A DNA stretch of 64,000 nucleotides from an uncultured Candidatus Rokubacteria bacterium (GCA_963708025.1 CAVPSB010000016.1:96001-160000), one strand, 5' to 3'; numbered from the stretch's first letter, positions 47,803 to 57,608 are shown. Notes: generated by a model not told the origin, from the letters alone. A program made the numbers and translations.

Positions 47803-48780
47803 TCAGCGCCAGTCGTCGAGGAGGAGATCGTCCTCCCGCTCGTAGTCGACGTTCTTGCCCCGCTTCATCCGGATCATCAGCATCTCCATCAGGTACCCGG
47901 AGGCCAGCAGCATCTGGTAGGCGCGCCAGTAGGTCGTGTAGACCGGCGCGATGACGCGCTGGCAGCCGGCCGCCACCCCGAAGTCCTCGACGGCGGCCAG
48001 GAGCTGGGTGAAGTGCTCCGGCCGGCGCCGCCCGGGGTCGATCGCCGCGAACTTGATGTAGAGCGTGCCCTGGGGCGCCTCGGAGGCCCCGGGCGTGTGA
48101 CAGATGGCGAAGCCGACGACCGCGCGGTCCTTCTCGAGGACCAGGGTGTCGCCCAGCCCGAGGCCGTTCACGATCTCGATCTCCTTGGTCAGGTCGAGCC
48201 CGCGGTAGATCTTGCCGGTGATCGCCCGCAGCCGGGCCAGTAGCGCCTTCTTCTTCCCCTCCTCGTAGGCCGAGAAGCGATGCACCTGCGGCCCGCCCCG
48301 GACCGGCTTGGCCGGCGGCGCCAGCTCGCGCCGCTCCAGCGACTTGCCGGTGATGGCGACCAGGGACTTGGGCTTGAACCCGAACTTCTGGTAGAGCACC
48401 AGGTGCTTGGGGCTGTAGGGGTAGGTGACCAGCCCCTCCAGGGTCACGTGGTTCTCGTCGAAGAAGCCCTGGGTGGCCTTCAGGAGCTGCTGGGCGACCT
48501 TCTGGTTCTGGTAGGGCGTCAGGACCGCCACCGGACCGAAGAGCCCCACGCTCCCCCAGCAGACGGCGATCGAGGCGCCCACGATCTTGCTGTCGTTCTC
48601 CTCGGCGACGTAGCACCCCCACGGCTCCATCAGCCAGCGGTGGTGCACGTACTGGGCCCCGCCGAAGACCTGTCGGGGGCGCGAGCCGAGCTGGCGCTCG
48701 TAGAAGTCGGCGAAGGCCGACTCGATGACCTCCCGGATCCGGGCCAGGTCACCCTTGCGAACCCGCCGAACCTTGATCAC
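47803..48780 (-). CDS. Tandem GNAT family acetyltransferase
   Basis: FGPVAVLTPYQNQKVAQQLL, LYQKFGF; second GNAT-like half. Confidence 0.8.
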   Translation of the reverse strand: MIKVRRVRKGDLARIREVIESAFADFYERQLGSRPRQVFGGAQYVHHRWLMEPWGCYVAEENDSKIVGASIAVCWGSVGLFGPVAVLTPYQNQKVAQQLLKATQGFFDENHVTLEGLVTYPYSPKHLVLYQKFGFKPKSLVAITGKSLERRELAPPAKPVRGGPQVHRFSAYEEGKKKALLARLRAITGKIYRGLDLTKEIEIVNGLGLGDTLVLEKDRAVVGFAICHTPGASEAPQGTLYIKFAAIDPGRRRPEHFTQLLAAVEDFGVAAGCQRVIAPVYTTYWRAYQMLLASGYLMEMLMIRMKRGKNVDYEREDDLLLDDWR

Positions 48781-48823
48781 GTCCCCCTCCCGAGGTCGCC
48801 CGGCGCCTGAGCCGCGACCATCC

Positions 48824-49720
48824 TCACGCGCGCTTGCGCACTTCGACGCCGGCCAGGTGCTCGAGGAGCGTGATGACGCCCGAATGGTCGAGCCCGCCGC
48901 CCCCGCGCACGCGGACCGCGCTGAACAGCTCCTGCACGACCGCCGTGGTCGGGACCGGCACGCCGAGCGCCCGGGCCGACTCCATGATGAGGCCGAGGTC
49001 CTTGTAGTGGAGGTCGATCTTGAACCCCGGCTTGAACTCGTGGGCCAGGTAGTTCGGCGTCTTCTGCTCCAGACAGCGGGAGCCGGCCAGCCCGCCCCCG
49101 AGCGCCTTGAGCGTCAGCTCGATGTCGAGCCCGGCCTTGGCGGCCAGCGTCAGCGCCTCGGCCAGCGCCGTCAGGTTGACGGCCACGATGATCTGGTTGG
49201 CCAGCTTCGTGAAGCCGCCGGAGCCCAGCGGCCCGAGGTGCGTGATCGTCTTCCCCATCGCCCGGAAGATCGGCAGCACCTCCTCGAAGACGGCGGGATC
49301 GCCGCCCACCATGATCGAGAGCGTTCCCTCGATCGCCCCCTTCTCACCGCCCGAGACCGGCGCGTCCAGCATCCGGACGCCCTTGGCGGCGAGGGCGGCA
49401 CCGACCTTCTGGGAGACGATCGGGGAGATGGTGGACATGTCGACCACGGTCTGGCCCGACCGGACGCTCCCGAGCAGCCCCTGGGGGCCGAGCGCCACCA
49501 GCTCGACGTCGGGGGAGTTGGGCAGCATCAGGATGATGACCTGCGCCTCGCGGGCGACCGCCTCCGGGGAGGACGCGGCCTTGGCGCCGAGGCCGACCAG
49601 CTCCTGGACGGCGGCCTGGCTCCGGTTGTGCACGATCAGGGAATGGCCGGCCTTCAAGAGGTTCTTGGCCATGGGCCGGCCCATGATCCCGAGGCCGATG
49701 AAACCGACAGGCTCTGACAT
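48824..49720 (-). CDS. 2-hydroxy-3-oxopropionate (tartronate semialdehyde) reductase family, GarR/GlxR-like
   Basis: GFIGLGIMG, DAPVSGG, KLANQIIV, FKPGFKIDLHYKDL. Confidence 0.88.
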   Translation of the reverse strand: MSEPVGFIGLGIMGRPMAKNLLKAGHSLIVHNRSQAAVQELVGLGAKAASSPEAVAREAQVIILMLPNSPDVELVALGPQGLLGSVRSGQTVVDMSTISPIVSQKVGAALAAKGVRMLDAPVSGGEKGAIEGTLSIMVGGDPAVFEEVLPIFRAMGKTITHLGPLGSGGFTKLANQIIVAVNLTALAEALTLAAKAGLDIELTLKALGGGLAGSRCLEQKTPNYLAHEFKPGFKIDLHYKDLGLIMESARALGVPVPTTAVVQELFSAVRVRGGGGLDHSGVITLLEHLAGVEVRKRA

Positions 49721-49790
49721 CGTCGCCTCCTGGCTGGAAAGTTCCGGGGCAGGTCGCGCCCGGCGGGACCGAGGCGTGATTCACCGCTCG

Positions 49791-49818
49791 ATTATAGGAA
49801 CCGCGGCGAACGCGTCAA
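49791..49818 (-). promoter_or_regulatory. sigma70 promoter TTGACG-N16-TATAAT
   Basis: Near-consensus hexamers upstream of ATG 49720. Confidence 0.7.
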
Positions 49819-49923
49819 GGTGGGGGTCGCGGGGCCGGAGGCGACGAGCCCCCGGGGCGAGATGCCCGCGACAGTGCGGCCCGGCTGTGCTATTGTTCGG
49901 GGCGCCCGATCAGGCGCCCCGAG

Positions 49924-50697
49924 ATGCTCCGCATGGCCACGCCCGCACGCGATCCCCGGATTCCGGCTGTCCGCCCGGACAGTCGTTCACCCGGCCTCCC
50001 GCTCCTGCCTGGCGTGGTCGAGCGCTGGCGTCCCCCCCGGGCTCCGATCGACCCCTGGACGGTTCTGCGCCTGTCCCGCTACCGCCGTCGTGATGAGGTG
50101 GCGCCGGCGATCTGGGAGACCGCCCGCGGCATGGCAGGGCGGGCCGAGGCGCTGATCGAGCCGGCGGCGCTGCTCACGGCCGTGCGCGTGGCCGCCCGCC
50201 ATCCCGACGCGGTGCAGCTGGCGGCCGGAGCCCTCTTCTCGGGCCGGGCCGTGGCCACGCTCCTCGCCGGCTGCCCGCTGGCGGTGGCGTTCGTCCTGAC
50301 GCTCGGCCCGCGGCTCGAGGCCGAGGTGACGGCGCTCGGCGGGCGGCGGGAGCTGCTGGAGTCGTTCCTTCTGGACACGGCGGGGTGGGCGGCGATCGAG
50401 GGGGCCGTCCGCGCCCTGCGGCTCGACCTGCGGGGCCGCGTGGAGCCCGCCGGCTGGCGCATCACGCACCGCCTGGCCCCGGGATACCGCGACTGGCCCC
50501 TCGAGGAGCAGCCGGCCCTGCTCGGCCTCCTCGGCCAGACCGGCGGGCTGGTCGCTCTGTCCGAGCACGGCGTCCTGGTCCCCTTCAAGTCGATCACGGG
50601 CCTCTTCGGCCTGGCCCCGGCCGCGAGAGCTGAGACGCGTGATGCAATCGGACTCCGGCCTCCCCCCCGGCAAGGCCGAAGGCCGTCCAGACGGTGA
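49924..50697 (+). CDS. Stand-alone MetH activation-domain-like protein
   Basis: FVLTLGP, LLDTAG, RLAPGYRDWPLEEQ, LVPFKSITGLFG; start uncertain. Confidence 0.75.
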   Translation: MLRMATPARDPRIPAVRPDSRSPGLPLLPGVVERWRPPRAPIDPWTVLRLSRYRRRDEVAPAIWETARGMAGRAEALIEPAALLTAVRVAARHPDAVQLAAGALFSGRAVATLLAGCPLAVAFVLTLGPRLEAEVTALGGRRELLESFLLDTAGWAAIEGAVRALRLDLRGRVEPAGWRITHRLAPGYRDWPLEEQPALLGLLGQTGGLVALSEHGVLVPFKSITGLFGLAPAARAETRDAIGLRPPPRQGRRPSRR

Positions 50698-50758
50698 GGG
50701 AGGCAAAGACCGAAGGCCGTCGAAGGATCGGGTAGGCGGGAGGTCCCGAACCAACACC

Positions 50759-51670
50759 ATGCCCACCGCGATCGTGACCGTGGAGGACTTCCGCCCGGGG
50801 CAGCCGGCGAGCCCCGCGCAGGACCTCGCCCATCGCCGCGCGCTGGAGGAGGGTCAGGTCCTCCTCCTGCCGCGGCTCCCTCCCCAGCTGCCGGAGGCGG
50901 ACCGCGCGTTCCTGCTGGGCCAGCGTCAGGTGGAGGCCGGGTACCACAAGAACATCGCCTACCGGCCCGAGTCGGACCGGGTGACGGGCTTCGTCAAGCA
51001 GCGGCCCGGCGACGACGAGACGCTCCGGCGGGTCCTCCGCGACTACTCCCGGCGGGCGATCGCCCTCACCGCGGAGCTGCTGCCGACGTACGCGCGCACC
51101 TGGCGAATCGACTTCGCCAGCTTCCGCCCGCAGGAGGAGGCGGGGCGCCGGCTGGCGCTCCGCTCCCGGAACGACCTGGTTCACGTCGACGCCTTCCCCA
51201 CCCGGCCGAGCCGCGGGGACCGCATCCTCCGCGTCTTCACCAACATCAACCCCAGTGCCCCCCGCGTGTGGCAGACCGCCGACACCTTCGACGCGCTGGC
51301 CGAGCAGTTCGCCCGCCCCTCGGGGCTGCTCGACCGGGCTCGGCGCGGGGGACTGGCGGGAGGAGCCCGACGACTGCTCCACGCCTTCGGGCTGCCGGTG
51401 CGGACCCGCTCGCCGTACGACGAGTTCATGCTCAGCTTCCACCATTTCCTCAAGGAGAACCACGCGTACCAGGCCGAGGCCGCCAAGGCGACCCACAGCT
51501 TCGCCCCTGGCTCGACGTGGCTCGTCCTCACCGACATGGTCAGCCACGCGGTGCTGCGCGGCCAGTACGCGCTCGAGCAGACCTTCATCGTGGCGCGCGA
51601 GTCGCTCGCGCTCCCCGACAAGGCGCCCATCGCGATCCTGGAGCGGCTGGCGGGCGCCCCGCTCCGTTAA
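50759..51670 (+). CDS. Kdo hydroxylase (KdoO-like Fe/2-oxoglutarate dioxygenase)
   Basis: KNIAY, ASFRP, VHVDAFPTRP..G.RILRVFTNINP, YDEFML.FH, TDMVSHAVLRGQYALEQTF. Confidence 0.85.
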   Translation: MPTAIVTVEDFRPGQPASPAQDLAHRRALEEGQVLLLPRLPPQLPEADRAFLLGQRQVEAGYHKNIAYRPESDRVTGFVKQRPGDDETLRRVLRDYSRRAIALTAELLPTYARTWRIDFASFRPQEEAGRRLALRSRNDLVHVDAFPTRPSRGDRILRVFTNINPSAPRVWQTADTFDALAEQFARPSGLLDRARRGGLAGGARRLLHAFGLPVRTRSPYDEFMLSFHHFLKENHAYQAEAAKATHSFAPGSTWLVLTDMVSHAVLRGQYALEQTFIVARESLALPDKAPIAILERLAGAPLR

Positions 51671-51701
51671 TCGGACGACCCGGAGACAGGGAGAACCACG
51701 A

Positions 51702-52694
51702 ATGGCCAAGGGGATCATGGAGCGGCTGCGAGAGGGCATCGTGCTGGGGGACGGCGGCTACGTCCTCGAGCTGGAGAAGCGCGGCTACGTCCTGGCCGGC
51801 CCGTTCACGCCGGAGGCGACCGTGGAGAACCCGGACGCCGTGCTCGGGCTCTCGCGGGAGTTCGTGGACGCCGGGGCCGAGGTGATCCAGGCGCTGGCCT
51901 TCTACGGCGACCGGGGGAAGCTGGCCACCGTCGGCTACGGCGACCGGGTCGGCGACATCAACCGGGCGTCGGTGCGCCTGGCCCGCCAGGCGGCCGGGGA
52001 CCGGGCCCTGGTGGCGGGCAACCTCAGCATGACCTGGGAGTACGAGCCCGAGAGCCCGAAGGCCAAGGACCGGGTCCGGGCGCTCCTCGACGAGCAGCTC
52101 GGCCACCAGATGGAGGTTGGCATCGACTTCATCATCGCCGAGACGTACCTCTACCTCGGCGAAGCCGTCCTCGCCACCGAGTTCGGCAAGCGCAGCGGAC
52201 TGCCGATCATGGTGACGATGTCGTTCGAGGACAAGCTGGTGACCCGCGACGGGAAGTCGCCGGCCGAGTGCGCGAAGGCGCTCGCCGACGCCGGCGCCGA
52301 CATCGTGGGCACCAACTGCTGGCGCGGACCCAAGCACATGCTGCCCATCGTCGCCGAGATGCGGAAGGCCACCAACGCGTACATCGCCGTCCAGGCGCCC
52401 GCCTACCGCACTACCGACGCCACCCCGTTCTTCACCGGGCTCAAGGGGTTCCCGGACGCCATGGAGCCCTACCAGCTCACGCGCTGGGAGATGGCCGACT
52501 ACGCCCGGGAGGCCAAGGCCATCGGGGCCAACTTCATCGGCGCCTGCTGCGGGGCTGTCGCCACCCACATCCGGGAGATGGCCCGCGCGCTCGGCAAGCC
52601 GACGCGGGAGCCGTCCCGGTGGAAGCCGGACGCCTCGAAGCCGATGTCGGCGACCGAGTACTACCGGGAGCGCCGCAAGCAGTCGAAGGACTGA
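51702..52694 (+). CDS. Zn-dependent homocysteine S-methyltransferase, BHMT-like
   Basis: GDGGYVLELEKRGYVLAGPFTPEA, GTNC, TRWEMADYAREA..G.NFIGACCG. Confidence 0.88.
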   Translation: MAKGIMERLREGIVLGDGGYVLELEKRGYVLAGPFTPEATVENPDAVLGLSREFVDAGAEVIQALAFYGDRGKLATVGYGDRVGDINRASVRLARQAAGDRALVAGNLSMTWEYEPESPKAKDRVRALLDEQLGHQMEVGIDFIIAETYLYLGEAVLATEFGKRSGLPIMVTMSFEDKLVTRDGKSPAECAKALADAGADIVGTNCWRGPKHMLPIVAEMRKATNAYIAVQAPAYRTTDATPFFTGLKGFPDAMEPYQLTRWEMADYAREAKAIGANFIGACCGAVATHIREMARALGKPTREPSRWKPDASKPMSATEYYRERRKQSKD

Positions 52695-52695
52695 C

Positions 52696-52859
52696 GGGCA
52701 GGGCCGATGAGCGTCGCATCGCGTCGTCGTTCGGACGGCCTTCGGCCTTGGGTCGTCGCCGATCCTCGGCGTACTCGGAGTACGCCTGCGGTCGGCGACT
52801 CCCTGCGTCCTTCGGACGGCCTTCGGCCTGTGGGCGCTGCTCGCTCCTCGGCCCTGCCC
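52696..52859 (+). repeat. Structured REP/BIME-like intergenic element
   Basis: Terminal inverted repeat GGGCAGGGCCGA/TCGGCCCTGCCC; two TTCGGACGGCCTTCGGCCT units; central hairpin GTCGCCGA..GGCGTACTC-G-GAGTACGCC..TCGGCGAC. Confidence 0.75.
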
Positions 52860-52915
52860 CCGAGAACTTGACTCATCTGCCATGACTTTGGCGCGTCAAG
52901 GACTCTAGCGGTCCC

Positions 52916-54091
52916 ATGGAACTCGGCCAGATCAAGGTGCAGAGCTACGAGCTGCCGACCGTCATCAAGCACGGCGTCGGCGCCCTGGCCGCGCTCGGCG
53001 AGGAGACCGGCCGGCTCGGCGTCCGGCGCCCGCTCATCGTCACCGACAAGGGCATGGTCGCCACCGGCCACGTGGACCGGGCCGCCGGCCTGCTCGGGGC
53101 CCACGGGCTCGAGCCGGCGGTCTTCGACGGGGTCGGGGGGAACCCGTCGGTCCATCACGTCGCCCGGGGCAGCGAGGCGTACCGGGACCACCGGGCGGAC
53201 GGCATGGTGGCCCTCGGCGGCGGCTCCTCCATGGACGTGGCGAAGGCGATCGGCGTGGAGGTCGCCCACGCCGGGAAGATCCTCGACTACGAGTACGGGC
53301 ACACCCCGCTCAGCCAGCGCATCCCTCCGCTCGTCTGCGTCCCGACGACGTCCGGCACCGGAAGCGAGGTGACGCTGTGGTCGGTGATCACCGACCCCGT
53401 CCGCCAGATCAAGTTCAACGTGGGCGGCCCGCTCATCGGGCCGCACGTGGCCCTCATCGATCCGCTCCTGGTCGTCGGCCTCCCCCCGCACCTGACCGCC
53501 TTCACCGGCATGGACGCCCTCTCCCACGCCGTCGAGTGTTTCACCTGCGCCTACGCCCAGCCGTTCACCGACGCGGTCGCGCTGCTGGCCATGGAGTACA
53601 TCGGGAAGCACCTCCGCGTCGCGTTCGCCAACGGCCAGGACGTGGAGGCCCGTCACCGGATGGCCATGGCCGCCATGCTGGCCGGCCTGGCCTACGGCTC
53701 GGAGTCGGCCGGCGCCGTCCACGCCATGGCCCAGACGTTCGGGGGCGTCTACGACGTCCACCACGGCTACCTGACCGGCATCATGCTGGCGCCGTGCTCG
53801 GAGTACAACCTGCTCGGCCACCCCGAGAAGTACGCCCGCATCGCCGTCGCGCTCGGCGAGAACGTCCGCGGGCTCTCGACGCTGGAGGCGGCGCGGCGGG
53901 GCGTGGGGGCGATCGCGGCCCTGACCCGCGATCTCGAGTTCCCGCCGTTCCGCGAGTTCACCGGGGCCAGCCCGGCCGACATCCCGCGGCTGGCGAAGAT
54001 GGCCGAGGCCGATCCCCAGACCGTCGGGAATCCCCGCCTCATCGACGCCCGCGGGTACGAGAAGATCTACACCCGGCTCATGTCGGGATAG
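52916..54091 (+). CDS. gbsB: Iron-containing alcohol dehydrogenase, choline dehydrogenase GbsB-like
   Basis: GGGSSMD.AKAIGVE, KFNVGGPLI, AQPFTDAVAL, AMLAGLAYGSESAGAVHAM, DPQTVGNPR resemble B. subtilis GbsB as I recall it. Confidence 0.8.
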   Translation: MELGQIKVQSYELPTVIKHGVGALAALGEETGRLGVRRPLIVTDKGMVATGHVDRAAGLLGAHGLEPAVFDGVGGNPSVHHVARGSEAYRDHRADGMVALGGGSSMDVAKAIGVEVAHAGKILDYEYGHTPLSQRIPPLVCVPTTSGTGSEVTLWSVITDPVRQIKFNVGGPLIGPHVALIDPLLVVGLPPHLTAFTGMDALSHAVECFTCAYAQPFTDAVALLAMEYIGKHLRVAFANGQDVEARHRMAMAAMLAGLAYGSESAGAVHAMAQTFGGVYDVHHGYLTGIMLAPCSEYNLLGHPEKYARIAVALGENVRGLSTLEAARRGVGAIAALTRDLEFPPFREFTGASPADIPRLAKMAEADPQTVGNPRLIDARGYEKIYTRLMSG

Positions 54092-54122
54092 GCGCCGGCC
54101 AGGGCCCGAGGGAGGCGGCCGC

Positions 54123-54893
54123 GTGAGGCTCCGCTGCGGCGCCCGCGAGACCGACTGCCGTCTCGTCATCCTCGACAAGGACGGCACCCTCGTCGACTTC
54201 CGGTCGGTCTGGGTGCCGGTCGTGCAGGCCCGCGCGCGCTTCATCGTCGAGGAGGCCGCCGTCGATCCGGGCCTGGAGTCGGCCCTCCTGCGGGCCTTCG
54301 GCTACGATCCCGACGGCGGCCGCGTCGATCCCCGGGGGCCGCTGGCCATTGCGCCCCGGACCGAGACGACGGTCATCGGCGCGACTCTCCTCTATGGGGC
54401 GGGCCTCTCGTGGGAGGACGCGATGGCCGCCGTGCGGCGGGCGTACCGGCGGGCCGACGAGGCCGTCGACCCAGTCCGCGTGGGGCGGGCGGTTCCCGGC
54501 GTCGAGGCAACGCTGCGCCGGCTCCGGGCCGCCGGGGCGCGGCTGGCGGTCGCCACCACCGACACGACCGCCCAGGCCGAGCGTGGGCTCGCCGCCCTCG
54601 GCTGGGCCGACCTGTTCGAGGCCGTCGTCGGCGCCGACGGCGTGACGCTCCCCAAGCCCCACCCCGAGGCCGTCGAGCTCCTGTGCCGGACGGTCGGCGT
54701 GCCGGCGAGCGAGACCGTCGTCGTCGGCGACGCGGTCGCCGACGTGCTGATGGGCAAGGGTGCCGGGGTGGCGCTGACGGTCGGTGTCCTCACCGGCGTG
54801 ACCACGGCGGCCGAGTTCCGGGACCACGCGGACGTCGTCGTCGACTCCCTCGCCGACATCGGGCCGGCCGCCGGCGGCCCGGCCCGTCCGTGA
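54123..54893 (+). CDS. HAD family phosphatase
   Basis: LDKDGTL, VATTD, PKPHP, VVGDAVAD. Confidence 0.88.
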   Translation: MRLRCGARETDCRLVILDKDGTLVDFRSVWVPVVQARARFIVEEAAVDPGLESALLRAFGYDPDGGRVDPRGPLAIAPRTETTVIGATLLYGAGLSWEDAMAAVRRAYRRADEAVDPVRVGRAVPGVEATLRRLRAAGARLAVATTDTTAQAERGLAALGWADLFEAVVGADGVTLPKPHPEAVELLCRTVGVPASETVVVGDAVADVLMGKGAGVALTVGVLTGVTTAAEFRDHADVVVDSLADIGPAAGGPARP

Positions 54894-55022
54894 GTCGCCT
54901 ACTGCCGTCCACTGGCGCCCACTACCAGACGTCCATGAAACTGGCCATCCGCGGGCGATTCCGCTAGAGTAGCGGCAGTGACCTCCGGCCGCCTCACCGG
55001 CCGTGGCAGCGAGAAAGGAGCC

Positions 55023-56153
55023 ATGGGAGGACGACGCGTCCTGGTCATTGACGACGAGGCGTTGATCACCGATTCCTTCCGGCTGGTGCTCGAGGCGGAG
55101 GGCTACACGGTCGAGACCGCCGCCTCGGGGGTTCAGGCGCTGGCCGCCGTCGACGCGAGCGACTGGGATTGCGCCTTCGTCGACCTCGTGCTCCCGGACA
55201 TGGACGGGCTGGAGCTGCTCCGTCAGATCCGGGCTCGCCGGCCCGGGCTGCCCGCCGTCGTGATCACGGGACACGGGTCCGGGCTCCGCGGCTTCGCCGC
55301 CCGGGAGGCCGGCGCCTACGCGTTTCTCGAGAAGCCGGGCGACATGACACCCGAGAAGATCCTGACGGTTCTCGCCACCGCCCTAGCCCGCCGGCGCGCC
55401 GAGCAGGAGCTGGAGGCGGCCCGTCACCAGGTGGCGATGAGCGAGAAGCTCTCGACGCTCGGCACCCTCGTCTCCGGCGTGGCCCACGAGATCCGGACCC
55501 CGCTCACCTACGTCACCAACAACCTGTTCCTGATCCGCCAGCGGCTGGAGCACGCGGCCCGGACCCGGCCCGAGCTGGCCGGCCTGGTGGACGAGGTGGC
55601 GCGGTACGGGAAGGCCGCCCTCGATGGGGTGGCCCGGATCGATCGCCTGGTGGAAGACCTCCGCCGGTTCGCCAGGCGCGACGAGGGCGGCCCGGTGGAG
55701 GCCGACCTCCGCGACGTGGTCGGGGTGGCCGTGGACCTCTTCCGCGCCACGCGCCGAGGCCGCATCGAGGTCCGGGCCGAGCTGCGCTCGGTGCCCTGCC
55801 TGCGGCTGGAGACCGGCCAGGTCCAGCAGGTCGTGCTGAACCTGCTCACCAACGCGGCCGAGTCGATGCCCTCCGGCGGCCTCGTCCGCATAACGACCCG
55901 CGCGGTCCCGGGAGGCGGCGAGATCGAGATCGAGGACCACGGCGACGGCATCGCGCCGGACGTCCAGGACCGGCTCTTCCACCCGTTCTTCACCACCAAG
56001 GCGGAGGGAACCGGGCTCGGGCTCTCGATCAGCCAGCGGATCATCGAGTCGCACGGCGGCCACATCCGGTTCGAGAGCCACGTCGGACGGGGGACCACCT
56101 TCTTCGTCTTCCTCCCGCTCCGGGAGGCGGACCGGAGGGAGCTGTCCGCGTAG
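55023..56153 (+). CDS. REC-HisKA-HATPase hybrid kinase
   Basis: VLVIDDE, DLVLPDMDG, GVAHEIRTPL, NLLTNA, GTGLGL. Confidence 0.92.
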   Translation: MGGRRVLVIDDEALITDSFRLVLEAEGYTVETAASGVQALAAVDASDWDCAFVDLVLPDMDGLELLRQIRARRPGLPAVVITGHGSGLRGFAAREAGAYAFLEKPGDMTPEKILTVLATALARRRAEQELEAARHQVAMSEKLSTLGTLVSGVAHEIRTPLTYVTNNLFLIRQRLEHAARTRPELAGLVDEVARYGKAALDGVARIDRLVEDLRRFARRDEGGPVEADLRDVVGVAVDLFRATRRGRIEVRAELRSVPCLRLETGQVQQVVLNLLTNAAESMPSGGLVRITTRAVPGGGEIEIEDHGDGIAPDVQDRLFHPFFTTKAEGTGLGLSISQRIIESHGGHIRFESHVGRGTTFFVFLPLREADRRELSA

Positions 56154-56197
56154 GGCCCCCCTCGAGGGCCAGGGAGGCGACCGGTCTTCCGGCGGCG

Positions 56198-56223
56198 AAA
56201 TCCGGAAGGGCGCGCGGGCCGTA
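56198..56223 (+). promoter_or_regulatory. Candidate SigK-type promoter AAATCC-N15-CCGTA
   Basis: Resembles the mycobacterial SigK consensus CCATCC-N15-CCGAA in sequence and spacing; upstream of the sigma gene. Confidence 0.45.
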
Positions 56224-56261
56224 GAGCGAGTGCGGAATCAATCTCCCTCGGGACCTCGGGC

Positions 56262-56843
56262 GTGACCGAACAACCCGCCGAGCAGGTGGACGGCCTGACG
56301 CTGGCTCGACGCATGGCCGCCGGCGACGCGGGGGCCTTCACCGCCTTCTACGACCGGTACGCCGACCTCGTCTTCGCGCAGATCCGACGCCTGCTACCCC
56401 AGCCTGCCGAGGGCGAAGAGGTGCTCCAGGAGGTCTTCTGGCAGGCCTGGCGGGAGGCGGCGCGCTACGACCCCAGCCGGGGGACTCCCGAGGCCTGGCT
56501 CCTCAACCGGGCGCGCAGCCGGGCCATCGATCGACTGCGTGCCATCCGTAGGAGAAGCGAGACGTTCGTGCAGCCCAAGGACGACACGATGAGCCAGGCC
56601 CCGGACCGGGCGGCCCCCAACCCCGGGAGCCTGGCCGAGGACCGGACGCTCGTCGAGACCGCGCTGGCGATCCTTCCGGCGGCGCAGCGCCAGGCGATCG
56701 AGCTGGCCTTCTTCGGCGGACTGACGCAGACGGAGATCGCCCAGCGCCTGGGCGAGCCGCTCGGGACCATCAAGACGCGCATCCGCGCCGGTCTGGAGCG
56801 GCTGCGGGGATATTTCCGATCCACCGAGGGCGAGCGCCCATGA
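56262..56843 (+). CDS. ECF sigma factor, SigK-like
   Basis: EEVLQEVFWQAW, ARSRAIDRLR, GLTQTEIA..LGEPLGTIKTRIR. Confidence 0.93.
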   Translation: MTEQPAEQVDGLTLARRMAAGDAGAFTAFYDRYADLVFAQIRRLLPQPAEGEEVLQEVFWQAWREAARYDPSRGTPEAWLLNRARSRAIDRLRAIRRRSETFVQPKDDTMSQAPDRAAPNPGSLAEDRTLVETALAILPAAQRQAIELAFFGGLTQTEIAQRLGEPLGTIKTRIRAGLERLRGYFRSTEGERP

Positions 56844-57608
56844 GCCACGAGGCGTACGCGGAGCTGGCGGCCGGCTACGCCCTCGACGCGCTGGAGTCCG
56901 AGGAGCGGCAGCAGTTCCAGGCCCACGTGGCGACCGGCTGCCCGGAGTGCCAGACGGCGCTCGCCGACTACGCCGAGACGCTGGTCGCGCTGGTCCGCGA
57001 GCTGCCGCGGGCGCCGGCGCCACCGGAGGTCAAGGCCGCGCTGCTCCGACGGATCGCGACGACGTCGCCGGCACACCGGTCCCGAGCGGGCCCGCTCCCG
57101 GCGGTGGTGGCCGGCCCTCGCGGCCACGGCCCTGGCGGCCGCCGCGGCGCTCCTGCTCTACCTCGGCGTGCAGATGGGCGAGCTCCGGCGCGAGCTGGCG
57201 GCGCTGGCCGAGGAAGCGTCCACCCTGCGGGCGGAGACCGCCCGCCAGCGCGACCTCCTGGCCCTGCTCGGCGCCCCCGGCACCCAGGCCGTCGCCCTCG
57301 AAGGCCGGCCCTCGAGTCCGGCCGCTCGCGGGCGCATGTGGTGGAACGGCGAGCGCCGCGCCGGCCTCTTCGTGGCCAGCGGGCTCCCACCCCTCCCCGC
57401 CGGCATGACCTATCAGCTCTGGATCATCAGCGAGGGCAAGCCGATCAGCGCGGGAACCTTCGCCGTGGACCCGCGAGGCGAGGGCGCGTTGCGGGTGGAG
57501 CCCCTGTCGGGGGCGATCCGGGCGGAAGTCTTCGCGGTCACCCTGGAGCCGGCCGGCGGCCGGCCAGTCCCCTCGGGCGAGATGTACCTGGCCGGCAAGG
57601 CCACGTAG
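56840..57608 (+). CDS. RskA-like anti-sigma factor with zinc-finger N-terminus; frameshift near 57070-57090
   Basis: ELAAGYALDAL, HVATGCPEC, TM ALAAAAALLLYLG, YQLWII..G.PISAG, FAVTLEPAGG..PSG. Confidence 0.87.

Noticed and set aside
54945-54971. CCATCC upstream of the REC kinase as a second SigK promoter
   Set aside because: The -10 element at the expected spacing does not match CCG(A/T)A.
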